Below the pieces are notes generated by a model, which did no database searches, was not told the DNA's origin, and was given only the letters and a program-made list of their open reading frames with translations. From an uncultured bacterium (GTDB lineage: Bacteria; Zixibacteria; MSB-5A5; UBA10806): a DNA stretch of 64,000 bases. Of the stretch, positions 58,358-64,000 are shown in pieces. The translations under genes and the position numbers were made by a program. Every line of letters starts with the position of its first letter. Positions within the stretch are counted from its first letter, which is position 1. The stretch spans positions 393,460 through 457,459 of the forward strand of contig CBEUCH010000001.1 of NCBI GenBank assembly GCA_965541585.1. Direction: 5' to 3'.

Positions 58358-59241
58358 TGGAACAGAAATCAAACGTTACCCATAAATATCTTAGACACCA
58401 GAAGAAATTTCCCAACGTCTGGTGCGCCGGCTGCGGAATCGGGATTGTCATGGGCGCCATGATCCGGGCCATCGATAACCTCGGGTTGGAAAAAGACAAT
58501 GTGGCGGTAGTCTCGGGAATCGGCTGTACGGCGCGAATTCCGGTATATCTTGATTTCAATACCCTTCATACCACTCACGGCCGACCTCTGGCTTTCGCTA
58601 CCGGCGTGAAACTGGCCAATCCCAAATTGAAGGTGATAGTAGTATCCGGCGACGGTGATCTTCTGGCAATCGGTGGGAATCACTTCATCCATGCGGCACG
58701 CAGGAATATAGATATAACCTGCATTCTCGTTAACAACTATATATACGGCATGACGGGCGGCCAGTATTCAGCGACGACTCCTTACCAGAAGATAGGAACC
58801 ACTGCTCCGTACGGCATGATTGAACAGGCCTTCGATCCTGTTTTGCTGGCTAAATCGGCCGGCGCAACATTCATAGCCCGCGGGACCGTATATCATGCAT
58901 CCCAGCTTTCCCGGTTGATCACCCAGGCGCTGGGCAGAAAAGGATTCTCGCTAGTCGAGGTAATCTCCAATTGCCATACCCAATATGGCAGGCTTAATCG
59001 TGAGGGCAGCGCTGTTAAGATGATAATGTGGCAGAAAGAGAATGCTGTGCCTGTCACGGCGGCGTCGAAGAAAACTCCGGAAGAACTTGAAGGAAAATTC
59101 ATTACAGGCGTGCTTCATGAGCAGGAGAGGCCGGGGTATGTGGAGGAATACCAAAAAATAATCGATCGTTTCCAGGCAGCGGAGGAAGAGGTAGAACCGG
59201 AGAGGTTGGTCGAGGAAACAGGACCGGGCGATAAGGATTAG
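58357..59241 (+). CDS. korB: 2-oxoglutarate:ferredoxin oxidoreductase beta subunit
   Basis: WCAGCG, SGIGC, HTTHGR, GDGD..IGGNH, YGMTGGQ. Confidence 0.88.
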   Translation: MEQKSNVTHKYLRHQKKFPNVWCAGCGIGIVMGAMIRAIDNLGLEKDNVAVVSGIGCTARIPVYLDFNTLHTTHGRPLAFATGVKLANPKLKVIVVSGDGDLLAIGGNHFIHAARRNIDITCILVNNYIYGMTGGQYSATTPYQKIGTTAPYGMIEQAFDPVLLAKSAGATFIARGTVYHASQLSRLITQALGRKGFSLVEVISNCHTQYGRLNREGSAVKMIMWQKENAVPVTAASKKTPEELEGKFITGVLHEQERPGYVEEYQKIIDRFQAAEEEVEPERLVEETGPGDKD

Positions 59242-59289
59242 GATATCCGCTATGCGGGTCTGTTTTCATTCGCTATTGTTGGTGAATTT

Positions 59290-59859
59290 ATGAAAGATAA
59301 GAATGACAAGAGCCGGTATGAGATAAGGCTCTCGGGCTCAGGCGGTCAGGGTCTGGTTCTGGCGGGCGTCATACTGGCAGAAGCGCTGGGAGTGTATGAG
59401 GGGAAAAACGTATCGCAGACTCAGTCTTACGGACCGGAAGCGAGGGGAGGGGCCTCCAGATCGGATGTCATAATCTCAGAGGGGGAAATTTATTACCCTA
59501 AGGCCACCGATCTCGATATTCTTCTATGTTTGACACAGGAATCGTGTGACCAGTATTATTGCTTCTTGAAAGAGGAGGGGATACTGATTGTGGATTCGGA
59601 TAAGGTTCACCAGGTTCCCACTAACAGGGCCTACTCCCTGCCCTTTATAAGAATGGCCAGTGAGAAGGCAGGCACGCCGGTAGTGGCCAATGTGATCTCC
59701 GTGGCGGCAATCGCCGAGATCTCAGGTATTTGCTCGCGCGAATCGTTGGAGAAAGCAGTCCTCGGTCGGGCGCCGAAAGGCACAGAGGATAAGAACAGGC
59801 TGGCCTGCGAGATAGGTTTCGAGGCCGGGTATAATGCCAAAAGAGAAAAACATGGCTGA
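59290..59859 (+). CDS. korC: 2-oxoglutarate:ferredoxin oxidoreductase gamma subunit
   Basis: GSGGQG, QSYGPEARGG. Confidence 0.85.
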   Translation: MKDKNDKSRYEIRLSGSGGQGLVLAGVILAEALGVYEGKNVSQTQSYGPEARGGASRSDVIISEGEIYYPKATDLDILLCLTQESCDQYYCFLKEEGILIVDSDKVHQVPTNRAYSLPFIRMASEKAGTPVVANVISVAAIAEISGICSRESLEKAVLGRAPKGTEDKNRLACEIGFEAGYNAKREKHG

Positions 59860-60256
59860 CAGGACGCTTTTGATCATTAAACCGGATGCGGTAGAGAGGA
59901 ACCTGATCGGCCAGATTATTGAGCGGCTGGAAAAGGCCGGATTTAAAATCGCCGCTATGAAGATGATCCAGCTATCGTACGATCAGGCCAGAAAATTTTA
60001 TGCGGTTCATGAGGGACGCCCTTTTCTCGATGATCTCTGCAATTATATGTCATCAGGGCCGGTCGTTCCCATGATCATAGAATCCGACAGTGATACAATA
60101 TCCGGAGTTCGGGCATTGATCGGTACCACAGATCCATCCAAGGCTGCTCCGGGCACGGTTCGTCACGATCTGGCGATCAGTCTCACCAAAAACTCTGTTC
60201 ACGCCTCCGACGGCAAAGAGACCGCGAAAACCGAGATAGAATTCTTCTTCTCCTGA
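59852..60256 (+). CDS. ndk: Nucleoside diphosphate kinase
   Basis: RTLLIIKPDA, FYAVH, SGPV, PGTVR, NSVHASD. Confidence 0.96.
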   Translation: MADRTLLIIKPDAVERNLIGQIIERLEKAGFKIAAMKMIQLSYDQARKFYAVHEGRPFLDDLCNYMSSGPVVPMIIESDSDTISGVRALIGTTDPSKAAPGTVRHDLAISLTKNSVHASDGKETAKTEIEFFFS

Positions 60257-60268
60257 CCGTTCGGCAAG

Positions 60269-61498
60269 ATGGAGATACAGATTCCATATGACGATAAGCC
60301 GGTGAAGGTTGAATTTCCTGAGGACACCGCAATTCTCGGGGAGACCTCTCATATACCTCTGTCTGAAGAATCAATTAACAAAAAGATCGTAGCTGATCTG
60401 GACAAATGTCAGGCGAGTTTTAGAGGGAGAAAGATATCGGTTGTCGTTAACGATGCTACCCGCCGCATCCCCACTTCCAGAATCCTGAAGATGCTTGTGA
60501 AGCAAATACCCCCCGAATCTCTGGAAATCTTGATAGCGACAGGGACTCATCGGGCGCCCACCGATGGCGAAATAGACCAGATCCTGGGCGATATGCGCGC
60601 TTTTTTCGAGGGACGGATTTTCGTTCACGACTGCTATGACGGCAGTTCGATGGTTGAATTGGGACGTACAAGTCGGGGGACTCGCATTATCATCAATAAA
60701 AAGCTTGCGACCGCAGAAGCCGTTATCTGTATAAACTCCGTGGAACCGCATTTTTTTGCCGGTCTTACCGGGGGACGAAAATCGCTCGTCCCCGGAATGG
60801 CGACTTTTGAGACAATAGTCGCCAACCATAGCCACGCGAAATCGGAGTATGCGAAAAGTCTTAATCTCGAAAATAATCCGGTTCACCTCGATCTCGAGGA
60901 GGCCGCAGCAATTGTGGCACAGATGCCGATTTTCTCGATTCAACTGGTTCTCTCCAGAGAAAGGGACGTTATCGGTCTACATTGTGGAGGATTGAAAGAG
61001 AGTTTCATTCGAGCGGCTGGAGAGGCTGGACAGGAGTATCGTATCCCTATTGATAAATATTATGATATCGTTTTCGCAATCGGGGAGCCGCCTCTTGATA
61101 ATGATCTTTATCAGCTTCAAAAAGGACAGGAGCATGGGGCTGAAGCGGTGGCCGATGGCGGAATTCTGATTGTGGTCGGCGCCTGCCATGAGGGAGTAGG
61201 GTCTCCTTATTTTGTGAAGTTGGCGGAAGATTATCCGACACCGCAGTCGGCGCTTTCAAAACGAGCGCTGATGGATGACCGATTCGGGATTCACAAATTG
61301 GTCAAGAGCGCCAGACGGCTGGAGAAAATAAAAATATGGTATGTTACGAATTTGGATGACAACATTATAAGAAAACTATATTTTGAGCCAAAGCGATCGC
61401 CGGGGGTTGCTTTAAAAGATGCCCTTGATAGCTTCGGCGGTTCCGCGACAGTTGCGATTTTGAAAGATGCTTGTTTTTTGGTACCGGTAAGAGTTTGA
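60269..61498 (+). CDS. larA: LarA-family nickel-pincer-dependent 2-hydroxy acid racemase
   Basis: NDATR, ATGTHR, HDC, GRTSRGT, EPHFFAGLTGGRKS, ANH, NPVH, LYQ, C.EG.G. Confidence 0.85.
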   Translation: MEIQIPYDDKPVKVEFPEDTAILGETSHIPLSEESINKKIVADLDKCQASFRGRKISVVVNDATRRIPTSRILKMLVKQIPPESLEILIATGTHRAPTDGEIDQILGDMRAFFEGRIFVHDCYDGSSMVELGRTSRGTRIIINKKLATAEAVICINSVEPHFFAGLTGGRKSLVPGMATFETIVANHSHAKSEYAKSLNLENNPVHLDLEEAAAIVAQMPIFSIQLVLSRERDVIGLHCGGLKESFIRAAGEAGQEYRIPIDKYYDIVFAIGEPPLDNDLYQLQKGQEHGAEAVADGGILIVVGACHEGVGSPYFVKLAEDYPTPQSALSKRALMDDRFGIHKLVKSARRLEKIKIWYVTNLDDNIIRKLYFEPKRSPGVALKDALDSFGGSATVAILKDACFLVPVRV

Positions 61499-61514
61499 TG
61501 GAAAAAGGAGGAAT

Positions 61515-62444
61515 GTGGTGAGAAAGAAGGTAACAATAATAGGGGCAGGGCATGTCGGGGAGTGTACGGCAATGTACCTCGCCGAAAAGAATATTTGCGA
61601 TATTACCTTGCTTGACGTCATAGAGGATATGCCGAAAGGGAAGGGGCTTGATCTCTGCCAGGCCGGCCCGATCCGTAACTACGAAACTGTCATAACCGGC
61701 TCCAATGATTTCGGCGATATGAAGGGATCGGATATGGTCGTTCATACCGCCGGAGTACCGCGAAAACCGGGCATGTCGCGCGAGGATCTGATTAATACTA
61801 ATGCCGGTATCATAGGCTCGGTCTCAGAAAAAATAAAAGAGCTATGTCCTGATGCGATCGTAATTATGGTAGCCAATCCGCTTGATATTATGACCTTTCA
61901 CTGCTGGAAAAAGACCGGCTTCGAGAGCAGCAGGGTTTTCGGGCAGGCAGGGATTTTAGATTCCATCCGCTTCCGGACTTTTGTAGCCTGGGAACTGGGC
62001 GTTTCGGTTACCGACGTTCAGGCTATGGTCCTGGGAGGCCATGGCGATACCATGGTTCCGGTTCCCCGATATACAACCGTGAGTGGAATACCGATAACGG
62101 AGCTTATTCCGAAGGACAGAATTCAAGCCATTTCGGATCGGACACGTGTTGGCGGTGGGGAGATAGTCAAGCTTCTCAAGACCGGTTCGGCTTATTACGC
62201 TCCGGCGGCGGCAACGGTTGAAATGATCGATTCTGTCCTGAGGGATCGTAAGAGGGTAGCGCCATGCTCTGTTTTGCTCACCGGCCAATATGGTATAAAG
62301 GATTTGTATATCGGAATCCCTACCCTGATCGGCGCCGACGGTGCAGAGAAGATATTCGAGTTGAAGCTCGATGACGACGAGTTGAAATCGCTGCAAGTTT
62401 CTGCCGAGAAGTATAAGGAGACTCTGGCGATTTTAGGCTATTAA
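61515..62444 (+). CDS. mdh: Malate dehydrogenase (LDH-like)
   Basis: IGAGHVG, AGVPRKPGMSREDL, NPLD, LDSIRF, GGHGD, GSAYYAP. Confidence 0.95.
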   Translation: MVRKKVTIIGAGHVGECTAMYLAEKNICDITLLDVIEDMPKGKGLDLCQAGPIRNYETVITGSNDFGDMKGSDMVVHTAGVPRKPGMSREDLINTNAGIIGSVSEKIKELCPDAIVIMVANPLDIMTFHCWKKTGFESSRVFGQAGILDSIRFRTFVAWELGVSVTDVQAMVLGGHGDTMVPVPRYTTVSGIPITELIPKDRIQAISDRTRVGGGEIVKLLKTGSAYYAPAAATVEMIDSVLRDRKRVAPCSVLLTGQYGIKDLYIGIPTLIGADGAEKIFELKLDDDELKSLQVSAEKYKETLAILGY

Positions 62445-62526
62445 GAGACTGAATAAGGACAGGATGAATCATACCGATGCGTTTGAGTAGCATGATCGGT
62501 CTTTTAGAATATTAGAGGAGATACTA

Positions 62527-64000
62527 ATGGGCAGAACACTTGCGGAAAAGATATTAAGCTCACATGCCGGGCATGATGTCTCCGCCGGCGAGATTACGAT
62601 TGCCGATGTAGACCTCTGCCTTTTGCAGGATGGCACCGGGCCGCTGGCTATACGTCAACTGGAGAAGCTGGGAGTAGAGAAGCTCGCGGACCCTGAGAGG
62701 GTGGTATTCTTCCTTGATCATTCCGCACCGTCGTCGCGCATGGAGCTTTCCAACGATCACCAATTCATAAGAAGGTTTGTCGGGAAGATGGGCGCGCATG
62801 TTTCGGAAGTCGGCAAGGGGATCTGTCATGTGGTGATAAACGAGAGGTATGTCAATCCGGGTGAGGTTTTGATAGGCGCCGACAGTCATACCTGCACCGG
62901 CGGCGCACTGGGATGCTTCGCCACGGGGATGGGTTCAACCGACGTCGGTATCGGGATGGCTTTCGGGAAAACCTGGTTCAGAGTTCCCGAGACCATAAAG
63001 ATCTATGTAACGGGAGAATTTCCTCTGGGTGTATTTCCGAAGGATTTGATTCTACATCTCATCGGCCTCATTGGCGCTGACGGGGCCACCTACATGTCGC
63101 TTGAATTCTGCGGCCCCACCATCGAGAATATGGATATGTCGGGGCGGTTCACTCTGTCTAACATGGCAGTGGAAGCTGGAGCCAAGGTCGGTCTTATAGC
63201 TTCCGACGAGACCACGCATCGATACCTTGATGAAATGGGACGCGGCGATAAGTGGATTCCGTTGACGGCAGACGACGATGCTTCGTACCAGCGGGTTATA
63301 GAAATTGATGTCTCGAAGCTGGCGCCCACGGTAAGCTATCCGCATACGGTAGACAATACGCATACAATCGATGAGGCGGCGGGGATCAAGATTGACCAGG
63401 TCTTCCTCGGTACCTGCACCAACTCCCGAATAGAGGACTGGGAGATCGTTGCCAGGATGGTCGAGGGTAAAAAGCTTGCCCCAAACTTAAGATTCGTGGC
63501 CATACCGGGATCCGAGGATGTCTTGAAGGAAGCGCTGGCCAGGGGATATTACCAGACGCTGATAGAATTCGGTGCGGTTATGGTTGCGCCCGGTTGCGGG
63601 CCATGCGTCGGGATACACGGCGGTATACCTGCTGATGAGGAGGTCTGCCTGACAACCCAGAACAGGAACTTCCATGGCCGGATGGGTAATCCGAATTCAG
63701 AAATATATCTTGGATCACCAGCGGTAATTGCGGCGTCAGCCATCGAGGGTGTTATCGCCGATCCCAGAAAGTATGTCAGAGAGCTTAAAGCCGCGGGCAA
63801 ATCACGGGTGATGGACACTGAAAAAGTCAAAGCTGTGGCACTATCGGCGCAGAAGACTATCGAGCGGGTGGCAGCCGACACGGCGGCGGTTGTCGGACCG
63901 AGGGCGAAAGAAGCATCCCAAAAAGTTGAGCGCATGGCCAGGAAGGCGATGGCGGAGTACGGGCCGAAGGCTCGCAAGGCGGCCAAGGACACCGCGGCGG
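62527..64000 (+). CDS. 3-isopropylmalate dehydratase/homoaconitase large subunit family, partial (runs off the window)
   Basis: Not in the ORF track because no stop falls in the window. RBS GAGGAG, then MGRTLAEKILS, DGTGP, DSHTCTGG, GTCTNSR, GCGPCVG, NRNFHGRMG, followed by an Ala/Lys-rich extension. Confidence 0.92.
   Translation, partial: MGRTLAEKILSSHAGHDVSAGEITIADVDLCLLQDGTGPLAIRQLEKLGVEKLADPERVVFFLDHSAPSSRMELSNDHQFIRRFVGKMGAHVSEVGKGICHVVINERYVNPGEVLIGADSHTCTGGALGCFATGMGSTDVGIGMAFGKTWFRVPETIKIYVTGEFPLGVFPKDLILHLIGLIGADGATYMSLEFCGPTIENMDMSGRFTLSNMAVEAGAKVGLIASDETTHRYLDEMGRGDKWIPLTADDDASYQRVIEIDVSKLAPTVSYPHTVDNTHTIDEAAGIKIDQVFLGTCTNSRIEDWEIVARMVEGKKLAPNLRFVAIPGSEDVLKEALARGYYQTLIEFGAVMVAPGCGPCVGIHGGIPADEEVCLTTQNRNFHGRMGNPNSEIYLGSPAVIAASAIEGVIADPRKYVRELKAAGKSRVMDTEKVKAVALSAQKTIERVAADTAAVVGPRAKEASQKVERMARKAMAEYGPKARKAAKDTAA

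Overview
Gene-dense, mostly + strand chromosomal window from an anaerobic or facultative diderm bacterium. A T9SS-type C-terminal sorting domain (..NYPNPFN..) suggests an FCB-type lineage such as candidate Zixibacteria; this is inference, not a database result. 0.1-24.2 kb: anaerobic aromatic degradation cluster with an ATP-dependent class I, Bzd-type benzoyl-CoA reductase (bzdNOPQ), ferredoxin, BzdV-like flavoprotein, Dch/Had/Oah, thiolase, acyl-CoA dehydrogenase, TetR regulator with a palindromic operator, a 4-subunit 2-oxoacid oxidoreductase and a LeuA-like synthase. 24.4-30.5 kb: GH15, ZIP transporter, and an Lgt paralogue beside an S8 protease with a Cys-containing C-terminal anchor. 31-36 kb: solute-binding protein, histidine kinase and sigma54 activator. 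36-44 kb: pth-rpsF-ssb-rpsR-DUF2232-rplI with an S6:S18 leader, a DegV-like remnant, DUF151, gamma-CA, LpoA-like and larE. 44-51 kb: AT-rich accessory genes, an ALDH and an LVIVD/T9SS protein, with REP-like palindromes between them. 51-64 kb: arginine synthetase-like gene plus arcC, CCA enzyme, and a TCA-type block (sucCD, korDABC, ndk, larA-like, mdh, leuC-like, the last running off the window). The most striking sequence-level observation is an 18-bp micro-element (TCCTACGGATCTGTARGA) inserted four times into four different palindromic hairpins; removing it restores a perfect stem each time. No rRNA, tRNA, CRISPR array or transposase was seen.
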